The notes under the pieces: generated by a model
The model's input: only the letters and a program-made list of their open reading frames with translations
What the model was told of the DNA's origin: nothing
Databases searched by the model: none
Assembly (NCBI GenBank): GCA_023269615.1
Contig: JAHFSY010000008.1
Location: 68,052 to 132,051 of the forward strand
Direction of reading: 5' to 3'
Source: Verrucomicrobiota bacterium
GTDB lineage: Bacteria > Verrucomicrobiota > Verrucomicrobiia > JABWAM01
Length of the DNA stretch: 64,000 bases
Position numbers and translations under genes: made by a program
In this document: piece after piece, positions 21,114-30,306 of the stretch
How the letters are laid out: every line of letters starts with the position of its first letter
Numbering within the stretch: the stretch's first letter is position 1

Positions 21114-21185
21114 GGAACGCAACATACGCGCAAGCGCTGCCCATGGGAATGGACGCCTCTGCGAATACATGGACATTTCAAAAAC

Positions 21186-22118
21186 TCACCTCCACCGCTG
21201 CTTGTGGCGGAACTGCGAGGGGGCGTTGCCGAAGTGATGGCGGAAGACCCGTGAAAAATAAAGCGGGTCCTCGAATCCCACGGCATCGGCCGCCTCGCGG
21301 ACGTTCAGGCGTCCTTCGATCAGGAGCCGCCTTGCCTGAAGCAAGCGCTGTTGCAAGACATGACGACGAAAGCCCATGCCGCGGATCTGCTTGAAGAAAT
21401 GGGCGAAATGATCTGCGCTCACACCGGCCCTGCGGGCGAGTTCCTCCAAGGAGGGTGGTTGGCGGAGGTTTTGCAGGATGTGATGCTCCGCGTCGGCGAC
21501 CACCTGACGATGCAACGCCGAGGCAATCGTCGTCTTCCGCCCAGTCAACAACAGATCCTGCCACGACTGGATGAGCAACAAAAGCAAACCTCGCTTTTCA
21601 AACAACCTTCCCTCCGGATCGGCAAGATGGGACAGGACCAGCGATTCGCAATGCTGACGGAAACCGCTCACGAGCCCGGGTGACGCCTTGGTCGGAGGCG
21701 CGGGTACGAGCGGGCAGACCGGCATGCCGCGCGCAAATACAAATTTCGTCTCCGACAAACGCGGAACCTCCGGGGCGGTCAGATGGATGTCCTGCTCGCG
21801 AAACAAAAAATGAAATCCGATGAGGCGGAGCGGACGGTCCCGGCTGGAGCGAATCGCATGGCGGACATTGGGGCAGTAAAAAAACATGTCGCCGGCCTCC
21901 ATCGTATGCATTTTGCCTCCGATCTCAGCCTCACCACAACCCGCCTGGACAAAATGGACCTGGAAATCGCGGGCGTACCGCGGCCCGAATCCCCCGCACG
22001 GTTTCGCGTCATAAAACGCCGCAAAATACAACCGGGGCGTCAGCACCCGGTCCGCGCTCCACGACGTCGCGCTCTGGCTTGCTTTGGGCATGATGATAAG
22101 CAGCTGCTCCATTCCCAT
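21186..22118 (-). CDS. AraC-family transcriptional regulator with N-terminal cupin-like sensor
   Basis: C-terminal double HTH (LEELARRAGVSADHFAHFFK...DAVGFEDPLYFSRVFR). The start ATG overlaps the kinase stop (ATGA). Confidence 0.8.
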   Translation of the reverse strand: MGMEQLLIIMPKASQSATSWSADRVLTPRLYFAAFYDAKPCGGFGPRYARDFQVHFVQAGCGEAEIGGKMHTMEAGDMFFYCPNVRHAIRSSRDRPLRLIGFHFLFREQDIHLTAPEVPRLSETKFVFARGMPVCPLVPAPPTKASPGLVSGFRQHCESLVLSHLADPEGRLFEKRGLLLLLIQSWQDLLLTGRKTTIASALHRQVVADAEHHILQNLRQPPSLEELARRAGVSADHFAHFFKQIRGMGFRRHVLQQRLLQARRLLIEGRLNVREAADAVGFEDPLYFSRVFRHHFGNAPSQFRHKQRWR

Positions 22119-24262
22119 CAGTGCCGAGGCCGCCCTCCGCCCCCAGGTCCGCCGGGCCCTCCGCCACCCCCGCGCCCCTGCGCGCGGCCGCAGTTCATCA
22201 TCATCTTCATCGCCAGGGAAACCCGTTGTTTTTCAAAATCAGCATTCGATAATTTTCGTGCTTCATCCATCACCTTGCCATTATCGTTCAATGCCTGCGT
22301 CAAGGCACTTGACTCCCTGGCTCCACGGTTCAGCAATGCCTCCTTCATCATGGACAGCTCATCTTTTCTGACCTGCGACCAGTCGTGGTCGGAAGCCGCG
22401 CGCGCCGTGGCCAGTAATTCATCCATGTGCTGGGCTCCCTCCTGCATTTCATGCGGCAGATTGGCGAACAGGTTGCTTCCCTTCCCGGAATCATCCCCGC
22501 CCGGCGGAGGGCCATCCGGCGGTCCGCGCGATCCGCCACCCTCACCAGGGGGGACGCGTGGCGAATCGGGGTTGAAAGGCGTCTCGGTGTCCATGTTGCC
22601 CGACGGAGCGTGCGGCTCCTGGTGTGACACTTCCACCGGCTTCGGCATCGCCGCGAGTTTCACCGTTCTCACGGCGGAAACCTCCTTCAGCGACGCGGTG
22701 AATTTGGCCTCCTGATAACCTTCCATTCTCAACATGCAATCCACCGATTCGCCATCACCACCTTGCAGCACATAAGGAGTCTTGTCCTTGAGCTCGCCAT
22801 TGACCAGCACGTCGGCGCCCGGAGGATCACTTTCGATGGTGATGCTGCCGGGAATCCGCTTCAACGTTTCGTTGACCTCCACCAGTTCTCCCTCCTTGAT
22901 CTCCACATCCATGTCCATGTCGCGATAGCCCGTCATCCGAATCTTCAGCCTGTAATTCCCCTCTTTCATGTCGTTGAACGTGTGGGGCGAGATGCCGGTC
23001 GCCGCTCCAAAAAGAACGGTCGCCTTTTCTGGCTGCGTCCGCACAAACAAACTCCCGTTCTTCACTTGAGGCGGTGGTGGAGTCACCACGGCCACTGGCG
23101 GCACCACGGGGACCGCTGCCGGCGCGGGCGCGCTCGCCGCAACCGCCGGGGCTGGCGGCTCTTTGTGCCGCGCCTTCATGCTCCAACCCCAGATCATTAA
23201 AAGCAAAACCGCAACCGCAACCGCAGCCCATGCGCCCTTCCGCTGCCAGAACGATGGAGCCGTTGGCGAAACGGTCGCGCCTGCCGCCATCACCGGCGCA
23301 ACCGTCGGCGGAGGCGCCTCCACAGTCAGATCAAGATCCACTTCCAACACGCTGATGCCCTCCTTTTCAAGCAGGCTGGCCACCGTGCGCTCATGAAATC
23401 CCACACGCGAAAAAATCTCCTGCGACGCCACGTCCATGGGATAGCTCGCCAGCCACGGCTCGACCGCCTGCTTCAGTTCCGTCGCTGTTTGAAATCGCTC
23501 GTCACGGTCTTTGGCCGTCATCTTCGCAATCAAGCCATCCAGGGAAGCTGTCATCTCGGGATCGGAAAGTCCCACCGATGGAATCGGTTCGTTCAAGTGG
23601 GCCACGCACACTGCGGCGGCCGAAGTTTGCTGGAAGGGAACATGTCCCACCAGCATCTGGAAAAAACTGATCCCCAGCGCGTACAAATCGGAACGATGAT
23701 CCGCCGTCTTCGAGTCATTGATCTGCTCGGGACTCATGTAATGGGGCGAGCCCATCACCATCCCCGTCTGCGTCATCCCCTGGTCCGCCTCGAAATGATC
23801 CTTCGCCAGCCCCAGGTCCATGATCTTGAGCCCGCCCGAGGCGTCTATCATCATGTTCTCCGGTTTGATGTCGCGATGGATGATGCTCTTGCCGTGGATG
23901 TATTCCAACCCCACGAGCGACTGGCCCAGCCAGTACAACGCCAGCGGCAGGGGCAGCGCTCCGTTCTGGCGCAAAATCTGGCCCAGAGTCATCCCTTCGA
24001 CGTACTCCATGGCAATGAAATACTGGTCCTCGAACTTGTCGCAGTCGAACACGCTGATGAGATTCGGATGGGCCAGGGCGGCCGTCGCTCGCGCCTCGCG
24101 GAGAAAACGGTCCGCGGCATCCTTGTCCTTCGAAAACTGGGGAGTGATCACCTTGATCGCGCAGTAACGCTTCAAGGTTTTTTGACGCGCCAGGTACACG
24201 GCCCCCATCCCTCCCTGGCCGAGTTTCAGCAGCAAATTGTATCTACCAAAGCCAAGCATCAT
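22118..24262 (-). CDS. Ser/Thr protein kinase with C-terminal PEGA domain and Gly/Pro-rich tail
   Basis: GQGGMGAVY, AIK, HRDIKPENM, DLGLAK and SPE motifs. TM helix. PEGA module (GSITIESDPPGADVLVNGE). Confidence 0.85.
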   Translation of the reverse strand: MMLGFGRYNLLLKLGQGGMGAVYLARQKTLKRYCAIKVITPQFSKDKDAADRFLREARATAALAHPNLISVFDCDKFEDQYFIAMEYVEGMTLGQILRQNGALPLPLALYWLGQSLVGLEYIHGKSIIHRDIKPENMMIDASGGLKIMDLGLAKDHFEADQGMTQTGMVMGSPHYMSPEQINDSKTADHRSDLYALGISFFQMLVGHVPFQQTSAAAVCVAHLNEPIPSVGLSDPEMTASLDGLIAKMTAKDRDERFQTATELKQAVEPWLASYPMDVASQEIFSRVGFHERTVASLLEKEGISVLEVDLDLTVEAPPPTVAPVMAAGATVSPTAPSFWQRKGAWAAVAVAVLLLMIWGWSMKARHKEPPAPAVAASAPAPAAVPVVPPVAVVTPPPPQVKNGSLFVRTQPEKATVLFGAATGISPHTFNDMKEGNYRLKIRMTGYRDMDMDVEIKEGELVEVNETLKRIPGSITIESDPPGADVLVNGELKDKTPYVLQGGDGESVDCMLRMEGYQEAKFTASLKEVSAVRTVKLAAMPKPVEVSHQEPHAPSGNMDTETPFNPDSPRVPPGEGGGSRGPPDGPPPGGDDSGKGSNLFANLPHEMQEGAQHMDELLATARAASDHDWSQVRKDELSMMKEALLNRGARESSALTQALNDNGKVMDEARKLSNADFEKQRVSLAMKMMMNCGRAQGRGGGGGPGGPGGGGRPRH

Positions 24263-24327
24263 AACGCCCCCGACACTACAGGAGGCAGACTGGTTTTAAA
24301 AGCAACAAACGGACGCCCACTCCGTCC

Positions 24328-24714
24328 TCACTTGATCCAGCGCCGGATCTCCGTGATCAATGCGTCGTAATCCTCCACCGGCTTCGTCATGTATCCCTCC
24401 GCTCCCGACGCCTGCAAAAACTGCTCGCGTTCGTCCCGCATCGCATGAGCCGTCGCCAGTAATACCGGGATGCGCGACGTCCTGGAATCCGCCTTCAAAC
24501 ACTTCGTCAAATCCACGCCGCTGACCGGTTTGCCCTCGAAAAAGGTGGCGTTGAGCTGGATGTCCATGATCACCAGGTCCACCTTGCCTTCCCGGCACAG
24601 GCGGATGACTTCATCCCCATTCACGCAGATCGCACAAAACATCCCGGCTTTGCGGTCAAGATACAGCCGCAGCAGCTCTGCGTTCTCCACGCTGTCTTCC
24701 ACGATCAGGATCAT
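24328..24714 (-). CDS. response regulator, receiver domain only
   Basis: CheY-like receiver: IVEDS, phospho-acceptor context DLVIMDIQL, and a conserved Lys. Confidence 0.85.
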   Translation of the reverse strand: MILIVEDSVENAELLRLYLDRKAGMFCAICVNGDEVIRLCREGKVDLVIMDIQLNATFFEGKPVSGVDLTKCLKADSRTSRIPVLLATAHAMRDEREQFLQASGAEGYMTKPVEDYDALITEIRRWIK

Positions 24715-26183
24715 GTCTCCACCTCTTCACGCTCCATCGTGAAACTCACGGTCGTCCCCCTGCCCTCGCCTTCGCTGTGCAACTCGATGCCTCCGTGCAT
24801 GAGTTCCAACAAGGTCTTTGAAAGCGCAAGCCCCAGCCCGCTTCCCCCAAAGTGGCGGGTCACCGATCCATCCGCCTGCACGAACTTCTGAAACAACAGC
24901 GACTGCTTCTCCTGCGGGATGCCGATGCCGGTGTCGCGCACGGTGAACACCACGCGGTTGACACCCCCGCCACGCGCCGCCCCCACTTCAATCCTGCCCG
25001 AATCGGTAAACTTGATCGCGTTGCCGACAAGATTGAGAAGCACCTGGGTGAGACGCCCCGGATGGGCGTGAACACGCAAGTCAGGCTCCTGCAGCGAAAC
25101 CATGAGACTCAATCCCTTGGCCTGTGCCGGTAATCTCATGTGGCCCTCCACCTGCTGAAAAACCTCCTTCACCAGCACCGGCTCCAGGTCGAGCTTCATC
25201 TGCCCCGCCTCGATGCGCGCAATGTCCAGCACATCGTTGATCAGCGCCAGCAGGTGCTTTGAGCTCTGCTGGATCGTCTCCAGGTACTTCATCTCCTCCT
25301 CGCGGTTGCGCGCCAGCCCGTCGAGGATCAGTCTTGAATATCCCATGATCGTGTTGAGCGGAGTGCGCAGCTCGTGGGACGTGTTCGCCAGAAATTCAGT
25401 CTTCAGTTCGCTTGCCTGCACCGCGATGCGCCGCTGCTCCTCCAGCGCCGCCGTCCGCTCTTTCAATGACTGGCTCATCTCGTTGAATGACCGCGTCAGC
25501 CTCCCGAGCTCATCCTCGGACATCACCGCCACCGGCTCGAACCGCCCTCCCGCCACTGCATTCGTCGCCTCGACCAGCCGGTCCAGCGGCTTCTTCACAC
25601 TGCGAATCACCAGCCAGCACGTGAAGAGACCGATCACCAGCGCCACCGCGCGCAACAACCACGCCAGGTCCCCCGCGTGATCCACCATCTTGACGGACCG
25701 GTCGTAGCTGTCCTTCAATTCGGCCCGCTGCTGCGTGATGAGCACATTGTAAAGAAATCGCACCTTGTCCGCCGAGGGAGGATCCGCCTTCCGCCCCGCC
25801 TTGATCTCATCCAGCGATATTTCCACGCGGTCCATCCAGTCAAGCGACTGCCGCACCACGCGCTTGAAAACCAGGCTCGTCTGGTCGTTGCGAATCACCT
25901 CGCGCATCTGCCCGACCAGCAGCATCCATCGTTTCTTCGCATCGCGAAAATGACGGTGAACAGACTCGTCACGGGTCACCCGGTAGTTCCACGTCATGGA
26001 CTCCATATCAATGAGGATCTTTTCCATCTGGTCGGTGAGATCCATCGAAACCAGTTCCTGGTCGCGCAACACCCGAAACGCATCCGTGATTTCCGCGTAA
26101 TTCAAAAACGTCGGGATGCCGCTGACCGAAATCAGGACGAAGACCAGAAGGAACCCAAGGAGAATTTTCTGCCAGATTTTCAT
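24711..26183 (-). CDS. sensor histidine kinase
   Basis: N-terminal TM, HisKA H-box ANTSHELRTPLN, and HATPase N, G1 and G2 boxes. It overlaps the receiver gene by 4 bp. Confidence 0.85.
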   Translation of the reverse strand: MKIWQKILLGFLLVFVLISVSGIPTFLNYAEITDAFRVLRDQELVSMDLTDQMEKILIDMESMTWNYRVTRDESVHRHFRDAKKRWMLLVGQMREVIRNDQTSLVFKRVVRQSLDWMDRVEISLDEIKAGRKADPPSADKVRFLYNVLITQQRAELKDSYDRSVKMVDHAGDLAWLLRAVALVIGLFTCWLVIRSVKKPLDRLVEATNAVAGGRFEPVAVMSEDELGRLTRSFNEMSQSLKERTAALEEQRRIAVQASELKTEFLANTSHELRTPLNTIMGYSRLILDGLARNREEEMKYLETIQQSSKHLLALINDVLDIARIEAGQMKLDLEPVLVKEVFQQVEGHMRLPAQAKGLSLMVSLQEPDLRVHAHPGRLTQVLLNLVGNAIKFTDSGRIEVGAARGGGVNRVVFTVRDTGIGIPQEKQSLLFQKFVQADGSVTRHFGGSGLGLALSKTLLELMHGGIELHSEGEGRGTTVSFTMEREEVET

Positions 26184-26257
26184 GAATGAATCTCTCGCAG
26201 CTTCCCCCTCTTTCTTTCAACTTTCAACTTTCAACTTTCGCCCGTACTCTGTCGCCC

Positions 26258-28831
26258 ATGTCCGAAACCCTCACGCCCATGATGCAGCAGTACCAGCGCG
26301 TCAAACGCGAAATTCCACCCGACACGCTCCTGCTCTTCCGACTCGGCGATTTCTACGAGATGTTTTTCGATGACGCCAAGGCCGCCGCCCAGCTTCTCAA
26401 TCTCACGCTCACCCAGCGCAACGGCACCCCCATGTGCGGCATCCCCCACCACGCCGCCGAGGGCTACATCGCTCGCATCATCCGCGCCGGCAAACGCGTC
26501 GCAATCTGCGACCAGCTCGAGGAAGCCGGTGAATCCAAGGGCATCATCAAGCGCGACATCACCCAGATCCTCAGCCCGGGCACCGTGATGGCCGACCGCT
26601 ACCTCGCGGCACACCAGAACAACTTCATCGTCAGCATCTGCCCGGATTCCTCAAACGCCCCGGGCGATTTTGCATGCGGCCTCGCGCTGCTCGACATCAC
26701 CACGGGTGACTTCCGACTTACGGAACTCCCCGACACCCGCAGCCTCATCTCGGAACTCAAGCGCGTCGGCCCCGCCGAACTTCTCATCCCCTCCGACCAT
26801 CCCGACCTCGCCGGCCGCCTGTCCGACTACAGCTCCAAGTTCAGCCCGCACGACGCCTGGGCCTTCGAGCATGAAACCGCCTTCTTCGCCCTCCGCGATC
26901 TTTTCAAGACGCAGTCGCTCGACGGCTTCGGCTGCCAGGAAATGAAGTGCGCCATCCGCGCCGCCGGCGCCATGGTTCATTATCTCCAGACTCAATTGCG
27001 CCGCCCGCTTAACCACGTCCACGGCATCCACGTGTATCAGCCCGGCGATTACATGCTGCTCGATCTCCCCACGCAGCGAAATCTCGAGCTCGTGGAACCG
27101 CAACGCCCCTCCGACCGCCCCGCCACGCTCGTCTGGGCCCTCGACCGAACCGTCACCGCCATGGGCGCACGCATGCTCCGCGACTGGGTCTCCCACCCGC
27201 TCCGCTCCGTGCCGCGCATCACCGCGCGCCATCAAGCCGTCGCCGAGTTGCTTTCCGATACTTCGCCGCTCACCGAGCTCCGCGAAAAACTCCGCGATGT
27301 GAAGGACCTCGAACGCATCATCGGACGCCTCTCCACCAGCAGCGGCAATGCGCGCGACATGATCGGCCTCAAGCTTTCCCTCCTCTGTCTGCCCGACATC
27401 CGACGAATCACCGGACAGTTGCATGCTCCCATGTCCGTTGAGCAGCACACCCGCATCCGCGAATTCCCCGAGTTGGCCGACCTCATCCAGCGCGCCATCG
27501 TGGACGAGCCGCCCCTCGCCCTCAAGGAAGGTGGACTCATCCGGGAGGGCTTTGATCCCGCGCTCGACGAACTTCAATCCGCAATGCGTTCGGGCAAGGA
27601 CTGGATTGCAAAACTCCAGACGCAGGAAATTGAGCAAACTGGCATCAAGTCTCTCAAGGTCCGCTTCAACTCGGTCTTCGGCTATTACATCGAGATCACC
27701 AAATCCAATCTCGCCCAGGTCCCGCCCCATTACATTCGCAAGCAAACCGTCGCCACGGGCGAACGCTTCATCACGCCGGAGCTCAAGGAGATGGAAAATA
27801 AAATCCTCGGCGCCGAGGAGCGCGCCGTGAAGCTCGAATACGAACTCTTCCAGCGCGTGCGCGAACAGGTCTCCGCCCATTCCGCCACCATCCAGGAAAG
27901 CGCCCGCGCCATCGGCACGCTCGACGCGCTCGCGTCGTTCGCCGAGGTCGCGCGCCACCAAAGTTACGTCCGACCCTCAGTCGAGGATGAAGGCGTGATT
28001 GATATCACCGATGGACGCCATCCCGTGCTCGAGCAGGTGATGCAAACCGACCCCAGCCACATGGGCAAAGGTGGTTTCGTGCCAAACGACACACGTCTCG
28101 ACCGCGACCAGAACCAGATCATTCTCATCACCGGCCCGAACATGGCCGGCAAATCCACCTACATCCGCCAGGTCGCCCTCCTCGTGCTCATGGCGCAGAT
28201 CGGATCATTCGTCTCTGCAAAAGCCGCCCGCATCGGAATCGTGGACCGCATCTTCACCCGCGTCGGGGCCTCGGACGATCTTTCGCGCGGCCAAAGCACG
28301 TTCATGGTGGAAATGAACGAAACCGCCAGCATCCTCAACAACGCCACCGACAAGAGCCTCGTGATCCTCGACGAGATCGGACGCGGCACAAGCACCTACG
28401 ACGGCATCTCGATCGCCTGGGCCGTCGCCGAATACCTGCACGAACGCATCAAGGCCAAAACACTTTTTGCCACGCATTACCACGAGCTGACCGCGATGTC
28501 CCGGCGATATAATCGCGTAAAAAATTTTAACGTAGCCGTCCGCGAATGGAACGACCAGATCATCTTCCTGCGAAAGATCCAACCCGGCGGCGCCGACCGA
28601 AGTTACGGAATTCAGGTAGCCCGCCTCGCCGGTTTGCCGCGCGAAGTCATCGAGCGATCCAAGGAAATGCTCAATCACCTCGAAGCCACCGACCAGGCCG
28701 AGTTGCAAAAAGACGCCTCCACGAAAAAATCCTCAGTCAAAGAGAAATCCTCCAAGCGCAAAAAACCAATCAAGCCCACCACCCAAATGCTCCTCTTCGC
28801 CTCCACCGTAAAAGAAAACGAGCCCTCTTGA
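26258..28831 (+). CDS. mutS: DNA mismatch repair protein MutS
   Basis: N-terminal MMQQY...LLFRLGDFYE mismatch-binding motif, Walker A GPNMAGKST, ST(F/Y)MVEM and DE(I/L)GRGT. Start chosen at MSETLTPMMQQY. Confidence 0.9.
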   Translation: MSETLTPMMQQYQRVKREIPPDTLLLFRLGDFYEMFFDDAKAAAQLLNLTLTQRNGTPMCGIPHHAAEGYIARIIRAGKRVAICDQLEEAGESKGIIKRDITQILSPGTVMADRYLAAHQNNFIVSICPDSSNAPGDFACGLALLDITTGDFRLTELPDTRSLISELKRVGPAELLIPSDHPDLAGRLSDYSSKFSPHDAWAFEHETAFFALRDLFKTQSLDGFGCQEMKCAIRAAGAMVHYLQTQLRRPLNHVHGIHVYQPGDYMLLDLPTQRNLELVEPQRPSDRPATLVWALDRTVTAMGARMLRDWVSHPLRSVPRITARHQAVAELLSDTSPLTELREKLRDVKDLERIIGRLSTSSGNARDMIGLKLSLLCLPDIRRITGQLHAPMSVEQHTRIREFPELADLIQRAIVDEPPLALKEGGLIREGFDPALDELQSAMRSGKDWIAKLQTQEIEQTGIKSLKVRFNSVFGYYIEITKSNLAQVPPHYIRKQTVATGERFITPELKEMENKILGAEERAVKLEYELFQRVREQVSAHSATIQESARAIGTLDALASFAEVARHQSYVRPSVEDEGVIDITDGRHPVLEQVMQTDPSHMGKGGFVPNDTRLDRDQNQIILITGPNMAGKSTYIRQVALLVLMAQIGSFVSAKAARIGIVDRIFTRVGASDDLSRGQSTFMVEMNETASILNNATDKSLVILDEIGRGTSTYDGISIAWAVAEYLHERIKAKTLFATHYHELTAMSRRYNRVKNFNVAVREWNDQIIFLRKIQPGGADRSYGIQVARLAGLPREVIERSKEMLNHLEATDQAELQKDASTKKSSVKEKSSKRKKPIKPTTQMLLFASTVKENEPS

Positions 28832-28894
28832 TTCACCGCAGGCTGTAGGTGGCCTCGCTGAGGCCGCCCTCTTCCCCCCGCATAGCAGTGAATT

Positions 28895-28979
28895 CTTGTA
28901 GGAGCGGCTGTCAGCCGCGACCGGGAGACAGGGCAACCGGGGCCCTCGCCCCGGTCGCCGATGGCATCGGCTCCTGCAA
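28895..28979. repeat. REP-like palindromic repeat, family CTTGTAGGAGCSGCTGTCAGCSGCGACCGG
   Basis: Two head-to-head palindromic units, GCGGCTGTCAGCCGC and GCCGATGGCATCGGC, in convergent intergenic DNA. Same family as 61567..61643. Confidence 0.65.
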
Positions 28980-28996
28980 CCCGCATCGGAGGCAGG

Positions 28997-30100
28997 TCAA
29001 GTGTCGCCGCCCGGGGATGTGTCCGTGGATTCCGTCGTCGCCAGACTGTAGGTGATGCCGGCTTCCTTCTCGAGCTGCTTCAGATAATTCTGCATGCCCG
29101 CGGCGCTTTCACGCTCCTTCAGGTATTCCGCAATGTGCGACCGAACCTCGTCCAGCGAGGCGGTGGATGCGGGCTTGATGTCGATCACTTTCACAAAGTG
29201 AAAGCCATAGGGGGTTTCAAACACCGGACTCACTTCGCCTTTCTTCGTTTTCGCAGCGGCCTGGTCAAACTCAGGAACCATTTCCCCTTGGGCAAAGAAG
29301 CCAAGGTCTCCGCCTTGAACGGCGCTGGCTTTGTCATCCGAGACTTCCTTCGCCACCGCTGCGAAGTCTTCTCCCTTGATCACCCGCGCCCGTGCGGCTT
29401 CGATTGTTTTCTTCTTCTGGGCCTTTACTTCGGATGTCGAATCCTTTGGAACAAGCGTGAGCACATGGCTGGCCCGGATCGCGGACGGCTGGGCAAATGC
29501 GGCCTTGTGATCGTTGTAGTACTTTTCGACATCCCCCGCGCTCGGGTCGGTCACTTTGGGCACATGGGCGGCAATCGCTTCCTGCATGCGAATCTGCTGG
29601 CCCAGGGTTTCCTTCACCTGGTCGAGCGTCAAACCGGCCTTTGCCAGTTGCTCATGAAAAGCCGCTTCATCCTTGAAGCGGGACTGAAGCTTTGCAATTT
29701 CGGCCTGGATTTTGGAATCAACACCCTGGATTTTGGTGTGATTTGCCACCTGAAGCAGCAAGGCCTCGGAGACGAGCCCTTGCAGGATGGATTTCTGGAG
29801 GGACGCGAGTCGTTCCTTGGGAACGGCGTCCCGCTTCACTCCCATCTGCGCGAGGAATGCGATCTCGGCTTTTTCCAGATCTGTGCGGGTGATCTGAACG
29901 CCCTTGCCCTGGGCGACCACGTCACAGGCTTGGGAAGCCGCCTTGCCGCAGCACGAGGAAGTGCCCGCCGTGCCCTGGACCGTGACGATTGCCGCGATCG
30001 CAAACCAAGCGATGGCCAACACCGTCCGCGGATGCGAATGCACAAGGGGAGGTTGATGAAGGTTGATGGATGATGTCTGGGATATGGGGTGTGTTTTCAT
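28997..30100 (-). CDS. peptidyl-prolyl cis-trans isomerase, SurA/PpiD/PrsA-like (parvulin domain)
   Basis: Signal/TM sequence, SurA-like N-domain, and parvulin signature FETPYGFHFVKV. The ORF extends to 30139 with a GTG. Confidence 0.7.
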   Translation of the reverse strand: MKTHPISQTSSINLHQPPLVHSHPRTVLAIAWFAIAAIVTVQGTAGTSSCCGKAASQACDVVAQGKGVQITRTDLEKAEIAFLAQMGVKRDAVPKERLASLQKSILQGLVSEALLLQVANHTKIQGVDSKIQAEIAKLQSRFKDEAAFHEQLAKAGLTLDQVKETLGQQIRMQEAIAAHVPKVTDPSAGDVEKYYNDHKAAFAQPSAIRASHVLTLVPKDSTSEVKAQKKKTIEAARARVIKGEDFAAVAKEVSDDKASAVQGGDLGFFAQGEMVPEFDQAAAKTKKGEVSPVFETPYGFHFVKVIDIKPASTASLDEVRSHIAEYLKERESAAGMQNYLKQLEKEAGITYSLATTESTDTSPGGDT

Positions 30101-30306
30101 GGGTATGTGTTGTTGTTGGACATACCCTCGTTCCCCCACCTTAAACCGGGATTAAATCAGGATTAGTTTTCTTTCATCCAGTCGGTTCGCTGACAACGAC
30201 CTGAAAGCGCAGGGATCCCGGGGGATCAAGCATGCGTCCCCAATCCGATGTAGCCACGCTCGCCAAAGCGTGGCCCCCGCCCCCATCCGCGTTCTGGCGA
30301 ACGCGG

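Noticed and set aside
26651-27961. 436-aa minus-strand ORF
   Set aside because: It is antisense to mutS and has no motifs. A GC artefact.
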